Under the pieces are notes generated by a model, which was not told the origin of the DNA, did not search any database, and saw only the letters and a list, made by a program, of their open reading frames with translations. Shown here in pieces: positions 47,081-55,340 of a stretch of 64,000 nucleotides of DNA (positions within the stretch are counted from its first letter, which is position 1; each line of letters opens with the position of its first letter). The position numbers and the translations under genes are program-made. This DNA comes from a virus. The DNA is taken from positions 56,523 through 120,522 of IMG/VR virus record IMGVR_UViG_3300020172_005639; one strand, written 5' to 3'.

Positions 47081-49480
47081 ATGACCGCACCCAACATCCG
47101 CCAGAACAAGAGCCACTGGGACGGTGAGGAGTATGCCCACCCAACCCTCTGTCAGTGTGCAAGCGGCAGCGGAGGCATCGGCATGAGCAACCAAGAGGTT
47201 TTCGGTCAAAGGGGCGGCTGCCTCGTCCCATGTCTGTCTTACGCATTTGAGCCCGGTATAATGCGGAGGAAGGGCGGTCACTACTGGGAGGAAGTCAGCG
47301 GCACGCTGAGGGCTTGCCCTGGCGACAACCAGATGGCTGTTGTCTGTTGTCCGGTAGTCGATGTCGCTGGAACTCTTTCTTGCAACACCGGCCCCAATGG
47401 CAACGATGCTGGCAACTTTGCTTGCAACCAAGCCGTGGATGCAGGCCACTTGGTTCCAGTTATCTTCGTGAAGTCTACCTCCCCCAGAAACAATCAGGAA
47501 GCGCCGACCTTTAGGGAGACGGAGGTGGCCTACACCATTAACACTTGGGACGAGAGGCACAACCCTCCCAAGCACATGGTGATCCAAGCAGAAGCTATCG
47601 CTTTTCAACTAAACGGCGATCGCGACTGCCCTGGCGTTTCTGTTTCTGCCGACACTGCCTTTTGCATCCCCGCCAACCCCATGTCCGACAGGGGTCAAGC
47701 CGTCGTCATCGCCATACAGGACGTCACTGGCAGGGACAAGAAGCAGAATGGCAAGGGCTTCAGCGAGGATGGCGTCAGCTACACGCTCGACGCAGCGGCA
47801 ACCCAGGGCGTAGCGATAGCCCAGGCAATTCCAAAACGAATTCCCAGCCTTGTCGGCATGATCAACATGCAGGGGTCCAAGGGCAACGCCGTAACGCAAG
47901 AGGACGGCCCGTCCTACACGCTCGCAGCCATGCACGGGCATGATGTCCATGCAGTCGTGTATCCCGTTTGCTTCCAGCAGAACACGCGCGATGAAGTCAG
48001 GCTCGTCAACGGCGATGGTCAGATAGCTGGCGCGCTGATGGCAGAGCCCGGCATGAAGCAGCAGAATTACGTCGCTGAGCCACAGATGAGTAACGTGGTT
48101 TGCTTCCGCCCCACCCAAGATCCTATATCCTCAATCGACGACTCAACCCACACGATGGGCACGGGGACTACTGGGGGCTATGCAACTGTTGCAGGGCCTC
48201 ATGAGGCGCCTTTTGGAGCGGGTGCGTCGGTTATATCCGTGGGCGCCGACTGCTACAACTGCTCCCTCACGGGCGATGTGGCCATGACACTAAAGGCTGG
48301 CCAGGGCAACCCAGCCGTCAACCAGCCGACCGTCATCCAGAAAAGGATGATTGGCACCGACATGTACAACGGGTCGATAACCGGTGATGTTGCCTGCACA
48401 ATGACTGCGCATGGGTCGAACCCGAGCTCCTCTGGCCCCACGGTGATGGAGGTTGTGACGCGACAGCTTTCGCTGGGAACCGACGTCTACAACGGCGCAA
48501 TAACTGGCGATGTGGCATGCACGATGACGGCGACTGGATCGAGCCCTAATGCCTCTGGTCCTACGGTGATGGAGATTGCTCCTGTCACCGTGCGCGAGAC
48601 GGGCTTCGTGAAGTGGATCGAAGACGACGTTTCAAACACGCTGCGCAGACGCGAAAACTCGGGCATTTTCGTCATCACCCTGCAGATAGACGGCCCCATC
48701 GGCAGTTTCCAGCAGAACAGCATGGATGGTCGTGGCAGTCTGGGTTTTGACGAAGACACCAAGGTAACAAGACCCGTCAAGCCGCAAGCCGATCACCAGA
48801 TGCTTGTTTACAGAGTGGACGAACAGCAGCACCCTGTGGTTTTTAGCTCTAACATGAGCGTTCCCGACTGCTGCACAACAGGCGTCAGCCCAACTTTAAA
48901 GCTTGGCGGCCATGGGGGAGGCAACCCCCCTGCCATAGCCATGCAAAGTGCTGAGTCAGTAGCTTACACGCTGCGAAGCGACGCAAACAGGGATGGCAAG
49001 GCCAAGACTCCCAGTCCCGACGCCGAGGGCAGAGTAAGGCTTCGCAACCCAGGCTTTAATTTCAATGAGGAGATAGCACCGACTATGGACGCAACCCAGC
49101 CGCATTCAGTTTCTTATGGAATGGTCGTGAGGAGGCTCACACCAATGGAGTGCGAGAGGCTTCAGGGATTCCCAGATAATTACACCGATATTGAGTATAG
49201 AGGAAAAACAGCTGCAGATGGACCGAGATATAAGTCCTTGGGAAACTCCATGGCTGTAAATTGCATGCAGTGGCTGGGCGAGCGGATACAGAGCGTGGAA
49301 AACGCGATTGGAAGCTCCCCCTGCCTCCCAGTCGACGTGACTGAAACGCCAGTCGCTTGCAGGGAGGTCAGCCCGACCCTAACGGCCAAGATGCAGGGAT
49401 CAAGCGGTTGGGCGCCCTACAATGAGGCTGATCACCTTACCCCTGTAGTCAAAGCAGAGAAGAAACCAAAGGCCAATTAA
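47081..49480 (+). CDS. C5-MTase C-terminal part: array of TRD-like modules plus motifs IX-X
   Basis: Many (S/A)x-T-(L/M) modules; RRLTPMECERLQGFPDNYT...YKSLGNSMAV. Confidence 0.85.
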   Translation: MTAPNIRQNKSHWDGEEYAHPTLCQCASGSGGIGMSNQEVFGQRGGCLVPCLSYAFEPGIMRRKGGHYWEEVSGTLRACPGDNQMAVVCCPVVDVAGTLSCNTGPNGNDAGNFACNQAVDAGHLVPVIFVKSTSPRNNQEAPTFRETEVAYTINTWDERHNPPKHMVIQAEAIAFQLNGDRDCPGVSVSADTAFCIPANPMSDRGQAVVIAIQDVTGRDKKQNGKGFSEDGVSYTLDAAATQGVAIAQAIPKRIPSLVGMINMQGSKGNAVTQEDGPSYTLAAMHGHDVHAVVYPVCFQQNTRDEVRLVNGDGQIAGALMAEPGMKQQNYVAEPQMSNVVCFRPTQDPISSIDDSTHTMGTGTTGGYATVAGPHEAPFGAGASVISVGADCYNCSLTGDVAMTLKAGQGNPAVNQPTVIQKRMIGTDMYNGSITGDVACTMTAHGSNPSSSGPTVMEVVTRQLSLGTDVYNGAITGDVACTMTATGSSPNASGPTVMEIAPVTVRETGFVKWIEDDVSNTLRRRENSGIFVITLQIDGPIGSFQQNSMDGRGSLGFDEDTKVTRPVKPQADHQMLVYRVDEQQHPVVFSSNMSVPDCCTTGVSPTLKLGGHGGGNPPAIAMQSAESVAYTLRSDANRDGKAKTPSPDAEGRVRLRNPGFNFNEEIAPTMDATQPHSVSYGMVVRRLTPMECERLQGFPDNYTDIEYRGKTAADGPRYKSLGNSMAVNCMQWLGERIQSVENAIGSSPCLPVDVTETPVACREVSPTLTAKMQGSSGWAPYNEADHLTPVVKAEKKPKAN
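48241..48573 (+). repeat. Three tandem intragenic repeats (G.D.YN..ITGDVA.T)
   Basis: GADCYNCSLTGDVAMTL, GTDMYNGSITGDVACTM, GTDVYNGAITGDVACTM; similarity also visible in DNA. Confidence 0.8.
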
Positions 49481-49482
49481 AC

Positions 49483-50136
49483 ATGGAGCCTGTGGCATTT
49501 ACTTGCAGCTCCCAGGCGAATAGCTACGCCTGGGAGCGTTGCTTTGCACCGACGCTTACTGCCCAGCAGCCGAGCGACAGTAGCAACCTTCAAATCGGCG
49601 TGAGGGACGGTCACAGCCTTCGCAGGTTTACGCCTCTTGAGTGCGAGAGGTTGCAAGGCTTTCCGGACGGCTATACCCTGATTCCCTACAAGGGCAGCTT
49701 GCCAAGCGACCAGCTTCGGCACAAGGCCCTAGGTAACAGCATGGCAGTAAATTCTATGGCTTGGTTAGGCGAACGAATTCGCAAGGCGGAGGCGCGCGTG
49801 GAATCCAGCGACTTGGTACTCATGGATCAGGGTGGCAGCATCATCAACGTAAACCTCGACGGAACTACGGGCACTCTCCGTCGCGAGATGCACGGTCATG
49901 AGCCGGTGATTATTTGCAAAGATGCAGAATGTTGTATGGCAGTTCGTAGGGTCACTCCGTTAGAATGCGAGCGGCTTCAGGGTTTCCCAGACGGACACAC
50001 GAACGTGCCTTTCAGGGGCAAGGCCGCCTCTGACAAGCCCAGGTATCAGTCCCTCGGGAATTCGATGGCCGTCAATTGCATGGCCTGGCTGGGCATGCGC
50101 ATTCAAGCCGTGGAGGATTCTTCCCGCACGGCCTAA
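49483..50136 (+). CDS. C5-MTase accessory part with two further TRD-like plus motif IX-X units
   Basis: RRFTPLECERLQGFPDG..LGNSMAV and RRVTPLECERLQGFPDG..LGNSMAV. Confidence 0.85.
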   Translation: MEPVAFTCSSQANSYAWERCFAPTLTAQQPSDSSNLQIGVRDGHSLRRFTPLECERLQGFPDGYTLIPYKGSLPSDQLRHKALGNSMAVNSMAWLGERIRKAEARVESSDLVLMDQGGSIINVNLDGTTGTLRREMHGHEPVIICKDAECCMAVRRVTPLECERLQGFPDGHTNVPFRGKAASDKPRYQSLGNSMAVNCMAWLGMRIQAVEDSSRTA

Positions 50137-50153
50137 CAGAGAAGGGAGTTCTC

Positions 50154-50387
50154 ATGCTGGTTGTCCAAAGGAAAATCAACGAATCCATCATGATCGGAGA
50201 TGACGTCCAGATTTTTGTGCTGGAGGTCACGAACGGGAAGGTAAGGATCGGCATCAAGGCCGATCGCTCGGTCCCAGTGCATCGGCGGGAATTGTACGAC
50301 CAAATCAAGAAGCTGGGTAACGACGACCCCAAGTCTGACGCCCTTGATCTCGAAAAAATAAGCAAGGTGATCGATCGTTATGACTGA
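50154..50387 (+). CDS. csrA: Carbon storage regulator CsrA
   Basis: MLVVQRKINESIMIGDDV...KVRIGIKADRSVPVHRRE; SD GGGAG. Confidence 0.92.
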   Translation: MLVVQRKINESIMIGDDVQIFVLEVTNGKVRIGIKADRSVPVHRRELYDQIKKLGNDDPKSDALDLEKISKVIDRYD

Positions 50388-51030
50388 TCGCTCATACGGC
50401 GCTTTCCGTGACTGTATGGAGGCGCTATTCAATCATTTCAACTCCAATATTTTTGGAGGCGCCATAGGCCGCCCAACCTCCCTGTACCTAGACCCTTCAA
50501 AGGGTTTCACTTGCAGGTGGCAGGCGGCTAGTGGCTCTTTAATCGCCGGTGCTGCTGCGGTACTCTCCTGTATTGACTTCCACGTCGATTACCTGCACGA
50601 GTTGGTCCACCTTCTGCGATTCCAGCGCGACGGGATTGCGCCAGGCCACTACCACGACAGGTTCTTCGCTAACGAGGCCTGCATCGCCGGCCTTTTCGTC
50701 CAGAGGCATCCGACTCACGGTTGGTCCTTGACGACTCTTGAACCCCTTAAAACGCATGAGCGGTTAATACGGCCTAGTGACGGCGCCAAGGATAGGCTTG
50801 CCCTTGTCTTGCAGACATCCCCTATGGGTCAGTCTTGGCAAGCTTGCGCGTCGGAGGTCGGATTTGCAATCAGGCAGCAGATGCCGTCCAAGAAGTTCCT
50901 CCTTAAGTACGTGTGCAACTGTCCGCCTCCCCACAACAGCATCCGGTGCGGCAGGCGGCCTGGTAGCCCGCAAGCTCCAGACATCACTTGCAATCGCTGT
51001 GGCGGATGCTTCCGCTGTTCTAGTTTTTAA
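50380..51030 (+). CDS. SprT-like zinc metalloprotease
   Basis: FNHFNSNIFGG, HELVH, YHDRFF, C-terminal KYVCNC...CNRCG. Confidence 0.75.
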   Translation: MTDRSYGAFRDCMEALFNHFNSNIFGGAIGRPTSLYLDPSKGFTCRWQAASGSLIAGAAAVLSCIDFHVDYLHELVHLLRFQRDGIAPGHYHDRFFANEACIAGLFVQRHPTHGWSLTTLEPLKTHERLIRPSDGAKDRLALVLQTSPMGQSWQACASEVGFAIRQQMPSKKFLLKYVCNCPPPHNSIRCGRRPGSPQAPDITCNRCGGCFRCSSF

Positions 51031-51397
51031 CTCCTATCTTGCTATTCGGATCGATCCTCTTCACTACGTGCATGTATACCGTGTAGATGAAGGCCGTGGT
51101 CACCGTAAACTCCAGAAACCCGCCAATCAACTTTCCGATCTCTATTTCCAAACCTTGGGCAGGCACGAACAGGAGGTTTCTCCAGTCGCCACCCGTAGCG
51201 GAAACAAGGTAGTTTATGAAGGGCATCAGCAGAGAGTCGGAGAGGGCGGTGACGAACTTCTGGACTACCTGAGCGAGAATCAGGGTCAGCGCCATGGCGA
51301 ACATGTTCTGGCCGAATGCGAACTTTTTGTAGTCGTCAATTTGTTTCCAGACTGCCTCTTTGTCCAAAAACGCCTTGTTTTCCCTATCCTCCGACAT
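51020..51397 (-). CDS. mscL: Large-conductance mechanosensitive channel-like protein
   Basis: YKKFAFGQNMFAMA...VTALSDSLLMPFI...IGKLI; SD GGAGG. Confidence 0.78.
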   Translation of the reverse strand: MSEDRENKAFLDKEAVWKQIDDYKKFAFGQNMFAMALTLILAQVVQKFVTALSDSLLMPFINYLVSATGGDWRNLLFVPAQGLEIEIGKLIGGFLEFTVTTAFIYTVYMHVVKRIDPNSKIGVKN

Positions 51398-51502
51398 TTC
51401 CCCTCCATGCCAGAAAGAGAGTAAAATTTTTCTCCAATCGCGACGAACTGCTTTACATGGGACTAATGCCGTGAGTAGTATCTGAACGACAAGGAGTCAG
51501 CC

Positions 51503-52141
51503 GTGGCAAAAATCATCTTTCCGCCCAGGCCCAAGAGCAGGATGCTCCCCAGCGAGCTTCCCTATTACGAGTCCACCGGAGAATGGGTGGCGCAGAGGAA
51601 GTTCCGTGGCAGTCGCTGCGTGATTTACATCAACAAGGACCGCTCCGTCACCATTGGTAGCAGGCACGGCAAGCAGTTTTCCAAGTTTACGCTTACGGAG
51701 GAGATGAAGGAACAGATTCTTGGGTCCTTGCACCTTGAATCCGGCAAGGCCTACTGGCTTGACGGTGAGCTAATGAACAAGGACGTGGAAGCGACCAACG
51801 AGGTCGTGCTTTTCGACGTGCTTCAAGCGGGCCGATACCTTTTCGGCTTTCCCGACCAGATGCGCCGCCTTGAAATTCTCCGTGATATCTGTTGCGCGCC
51901 CACCAAGCTCTGCCGATCTGGGTTGGCGCTTGAGGTTGCCCCGAAGCTCTGGATGGCCCAGACTTTTGATCATGATTTTCAAACAAGGTTCAAGGAGGCA
52001 TTTGATGTTGACCAGCTTGAGGGCCTTGTCCTGCGCAAGAAGTCCGCCAGCCTAGACGGATTTGGCGACAAGGAGTATGAAACCAACAATCTCATCCGTT
52101 GCAGGAAGCCCTTTGCTCAAGACAAAGGCTATAGGTTTTAA
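51503..52141 (+). CDS. ATP-dependent DNA ligase-like nucleotidyltransferase domain (no OB domain)
   Basis: QRKFRGSR (motif I variant), LDGEL, LFDVL, EGLVLRK; SD AGGAG. Confidence 0.78.
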   Translation: MAKIIFPPRPKSRMLPSELPYYESTGEWVAQRKFRGSRCVIYINKDRSVTIGSRHGKQFSKFTLTEEMKEQILGSLHLESGKAYWLDGELMNKDVEATNEVVLFDVLQAGRYLFGFPDQMRRLEILRDICCAPTKLCRSGLALEVAPKLWMAQTFDHDFQTRFKEAFDVDQLEGLVLRKKSASLDGFGDKEYETNNLIRCRKPFAQDKGYRF

Positions 52142-52170
52142 TATTAGGCATATCTTCATGGAGGTTAAGC

Positions 52171-53391
52171 ATGTCAAGGATACAAGAAGGCACTCGGAAA
52201 GCAGGAAAGCTCTCTGCCGGCACCAAGCACCTGTATGGCAACCTGTACATCATTCCATTTGCTTCTATCAAGACTCCCGACCCTGACGATTCTGGCGAGC
52301 GAGGCTACGTCTTTAAGAACCCGAGGATGAACACAGAGAGGGGTCAGGCCGACCTTCTCGATAAGAAGCTTAGTGAAGAGCTCAGGCAGAGCATCAAGAA
52401 AAACACGCTGCTCAATCCCCTGGTCTGTAGGTGGGTCAAACAGGGCGACGAGTTGGCGCCCATGGTCATCGGCGGAGACAGGCGCTATAGGTGTCTGGAA
52501 TACCTTATCCGCAAGAAGGAAGAAGTGGCAGACCCACGCGCTCTAACCAACGAGGACGGCTTCTGCAATTTCTCTACGGCAGCCGCTGACAAAGCCTACG
52601 AGTTCGTTGCCTGCCAGGTTTTCGCAGTCAACGATGATCTGGAGGCTCTCGCCCTTTCCTGGGCAGAGAACAAGTCTCGCATCAACCTGACCGACGGCCA
52701 TGAGGTAGCCGAGGTCATCAAGCTTAGAGACAGCCATGCGACCGATGCCCAGATCATGTCCGTCTTGCAAAGGGACAGTCGGTGGCTTGCGTCGACAGAC
52801 AGGCTCATAGCCTCGCTGGACGCCATCACCTTGGCCGACCTCATGGAGGGGAGGCTGGATCGCGACTCCGCTGAACGACTGGCCGCAATCGGGGACCTGT
52901 CCGTCAGGTCGCAGGTGCGAGATATCGCCACTGAAAGCGCAGAACACGCGCATCGCAGGAGACTCTCCTCCATCAACAACCGCATCGTTCAGGCCATTGA
53001 GAGGGAGGAGCTTGCGGAGGGCCAGCGCGCCCTCTCCGAGGACGATGGCGAGAGGTTTGAGGCAGAGCAGGAAGCCGATTCGGCTCGCGCCGAGGCAGAT
53101 GCCGCAAGGAGGGATAGAGATCGCTCAAGGCCTGTTGTCAATTCCCGTAATGTCCGTGAGGCGCATGCCAGAGTTGAGGGAAGGAGGAGCAACAAGAGGC
53201 TCAACGAGGAGTGCATTCGCGAGGGCAAGGCCTACTTGGCAGACATAATCCGCAGAAACGGCCGGTGCCATGACGGAACCTTCCAAGCCCACGTCGACGC
53301 TCTGAAGCTCGCCATGCGAATACTGGAGGAGAACATACTCAACAATGAGTCCGACTTCTCTGCAACGCTACGCAGGCACTATTCGGCCTAA
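52171..53391 (+). CDS. ParB/Spo0J-like protein with coiled-coil extension
   Basis: NPR, LRQSIKKNTLLNPL, IGGDRRYR, AENKSR; SD GGAGG. Confidence 0.78.
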   Translation: MSRIQEGTRKAGKLSAGTKHLYGNLYIIPFASIKTPDPDDSGERGYVFKNPRMNTERGQADLLDKKLSEELRQSIKKNTLLNPLVCRWVKQGDELAPMVIGGDRRYRCLEYLIRKKEEVADPRALTNEDGFCNFSTAAADKAYEFVACQVFAVNDDLEALALSWAENKSRINLTDGHEVAEVIKLRDSHATDAQIMSVLQRDSRWLASTDRLIASLDAITLADLMEGRLDRDSAERLAAIGDLSVRSQVRDIATESAEHAHRRRLSSINNRIVQAIEREELAEGQRALSEDDGERFEAEQEADSARAEADAARRDRDRSRPVVNSRNVREAHARVEGRRSNKRLNEECIREGKAYLADIIRRNGRCHDGTFQAHVDALKLAMRILEENILNNESDFSATLRRHYSA

Positions 53392-53422
53392 CGTCTGGTC
53401 GGGCTGTGGGCCAATTTTCGGC

Positions 53423-54142
53423 CTACAGCCTTGTCACCCTCGCCCCGGCAGTTGCGGGGTGGTCTAGGTCCAAGGTTGACCTGCCCAGGTCAAAGAACGC
53501 AGGCTCTCTACCCTTCATTCCTATGTTTGCTCCATGCGTGTCTTGGGTGAGGAACCCGGTGTCGTCTTGTATCTTCTTGATCTTCTCTAGAAACTTCTGG
53601 ACCAAACCGATAGTAGGCTCGTCGTCCTTGTATTTCTTGGGCAGAAACGAAAGCACCAACGGCAGCAGCGAAGAGGCATTTGACCTCAACAACCCCGGGT
53701 TCCTGTCTAGGTAGTCGTAAATCGCTTGGCCGGCAACTCTGTGCCTCTTGGTCACGTCCGTGCTTACTTTCTGCTGGACTATGGCATACAGGGGCCGATT
53801 CCTCCCATACTGGTCTAGGTTCACGGAAACCATCTTCACGTCTATTACCTTTGACAGGTTAGGCGAGTCGTAGCCCTTGACCACGGCGGCCGCATCGGCC
53901 TCTTTCTTGTCAGTCGTGAACTTGACGACGTTGTCGCCAGCAAAGTAAGCTCTTCCTACTCCGCCAGCCTTGGGGTCGCGCAAGGGCTCGTTGATGCCAA
54001 GGGAGTGGAGCCACGATTTGAACTCTGGCTTAGAGATTGCCTCTGTCGCCCACTCCTCGGGAAACGCAGCTTCATTGACAAGGCAATGCAACAGCTCATG
54101 TCTTACAAGCTCGCCATATTTTATCCAATTTCTGAAATCCAT
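53423..54142 (-). CDS. Protein-kinase-like enzyme with capsid-targeting-like N-terminus
   Basis: GGVGRAY, VVKFT..E, DTHGANIG, FFDLG; MDFRNWIKYGE; TAAATA 6 nt upstream. Confidence 0.72.
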   Translation of the reverse strand: MDFRNWIKYGELVRHELLHCLVNEAAFPEEWATEAISKPEFKSWLHSLGINEPLRDPKAGGVGRAYFAGDNVVKFTTDKKEADAAAVVKGYDSPNLSKVIDVKMVSVNLDQYGRNRPLYAIVQQKVSTDVTKRHRVAGQAIYDYLDRNPGLLRSNASSLLPLVLSFLPKKYKDDEPTIGLVQKFLEKIKKIQDDTGFLTQDTHGANIGMKGREPAFFDLGRSTLDLDHPATAGARVTRL

Positions 54143-54148
54143 GATTGT

Positions 54149-54172
54149 TATTTACTCCGGTGCACATAAATA
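54149..54172. promoter_or_regulatory. Back-to-back divergent TAAATA late-type promoter boxes
   Basis: TATTTA 54149-54154 (6 nt from minus-strand ATG) and TAAATA 54167-54172 (5 nt from ATG 54178). Confidence 0.6.
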
Positions 54173-54177
54173 CCTTG

Positions 54178-54495
54178 ATGATTCAAGTTTGCCCCACCTG
54201 CGGCCATGAACTTTCTGAGCAACTCAAGGATGGTTTGACGCATTGCTCGCATTGCAATCACATAATCGACAGCAGCGATCTTAACAAACTACTGTCTGCG
54301 GCATGGCAGGTTCGCAAGAGCCACTGGTCTCTGGAGCAGCTGAAGGCAAATGCCAGACTCGATGACGAATTCGCAATTCTGGTTTATACTTTTGTCGCTG
54401 AAAACTCATACTCGCAGGAGGAGTTTAGCAGGCTTCTCAAACGCCTCGGCGTGGCAAACAAGTCCTATGTGAACTATGGCGGGGTGAGATCGTGA
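54178..54495 (+). CDS. Zinc-ribbon protein
   Basis: CPTCG...CSHCN. Confidence 0.7.
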   Translation: MIQVCPTCGHELSEQLKDGLTHCSHCNHIIDSSDLNKLLSAAWQVRKSHWSLEQLKANARLDDEFAILVYTFVAENSYSQEEFSRLLKRLGVANKSYVNYGGVRS

Positions 54496-54902
54496 AGCTC
54501 GGCGAGATGCTGTCGGTCAGGTGGGTTTTTGGACCCCCATACAACTATGACAAAAGGGTCTTCATAACCTCCTTTGAGGAAGTAGAGTCCGCCTTATCGG
54601 AAAGGGTCAAGTCTGTCCCCGATGAGTTGTGGGTGGTCTACTACATGCCCGATGGCGCCCAGGCATTCATGCTTTCAAGACCAGTTCCCACAGACAGGGG
54701 CGTTTCCATCATGACCTCAATGAAGTGCGACGATGACTACGTGAGGCTTTGCTTGGCTATGCGAGCGTACTTTGCGAACAACTCGTCAAAGAACAAGTTT
54801 TGGATGACAACAGGCAACGGGACATCGAATCCACAGCTGGAGGCGAGGCTCCGTGGATACGATGGCCAGGTGAAAAAAGAGTTTCGCTACTTTCAGCGCT
54901 AA
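54492..54902 (+). CDS. Hypothetical protein
   Basis: GTGA overlap with the previous gene. Confidence 0.65.
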   Translation: MKLGEMLSVRWVFGPPYNYDKRVFITSFEEVESALSERVKSVPDELWVVYYMPDGAQAFMLSRPVPTDRGVSIMTSMKCDDDYVRLCLAMRAYFANNSSKNKFWMTTGNGTSNPQLEARLRGYDGQVKKEFRYFQR

Positions 54903-55114
54903 GCGGTTTCGGCGGATATTTGGCCGATGGGAGCACGGCTGTCAAGCGCTTCTCCCGTAAGTTCCGAACGAAGAACAATAACTTTTTTGTCGGCCTCGAT
55001 TCCGATCCTGACCTTGTTCCGGTTGTCGATCCTCACGACGGTGATCGTGATATCCTCCATGCCGGGCTGCCTCAAGATGATAGTTTGGTCTTTTTTTCGG
55101 CTCAAAACTAACAT
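54899..55114 (-). CDS. csrA: Second CsrA-family protein
   Basis: MLVLSRKKDQTI...ITITVVRI...KVRIGIEA....VLRSEL; SD AGGAG. Confidence 0.85.
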   Translation of the reverse strand: MLVLSRKKDQTIILRQPGMEDITITVVRIDNRNKVRIGIEADKKVIVLRSELTGEALDSRAPIGQISAETA

Positions 55115-55239
55115 AACTGTCTCCTTGTATTATCCTTGCGTCAAATCACAGACACTTAAGCGACCTAAAGGTCATTCCTTAATATTAAAGCAGTCCATTG
55201 GCAAAATTTTGTAGGGGTATTGAAATTTGTGTTTGTGGA

Positions 55240-55268
55240 TTTACAACTATGATCACCCGTCGTAATAT
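55240..55268 (+). promoter_or_regulatory. Possible sigma70-type promoter
   Basis: TTTACA-17 nt-TAATAT in an AT-rich divergent intergenic region. Confidence 0.4.
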
Positions 55269-55340
55269 AACTTCATACCAGCGAGTTTTGGCCACGCAGG
55301 CTGAAGACTAGGGGCTGAGCCCCGCAACCAAGAGAGCGAC

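Noticed and set aside
47081-49480. Diversity-generating retroelement or invertible shufflon driving the MTase repeats
   Set aside because: No reverse transcriptase or recombinase in the window; repeat differences are not adenine-specific and no inverted sites were seen
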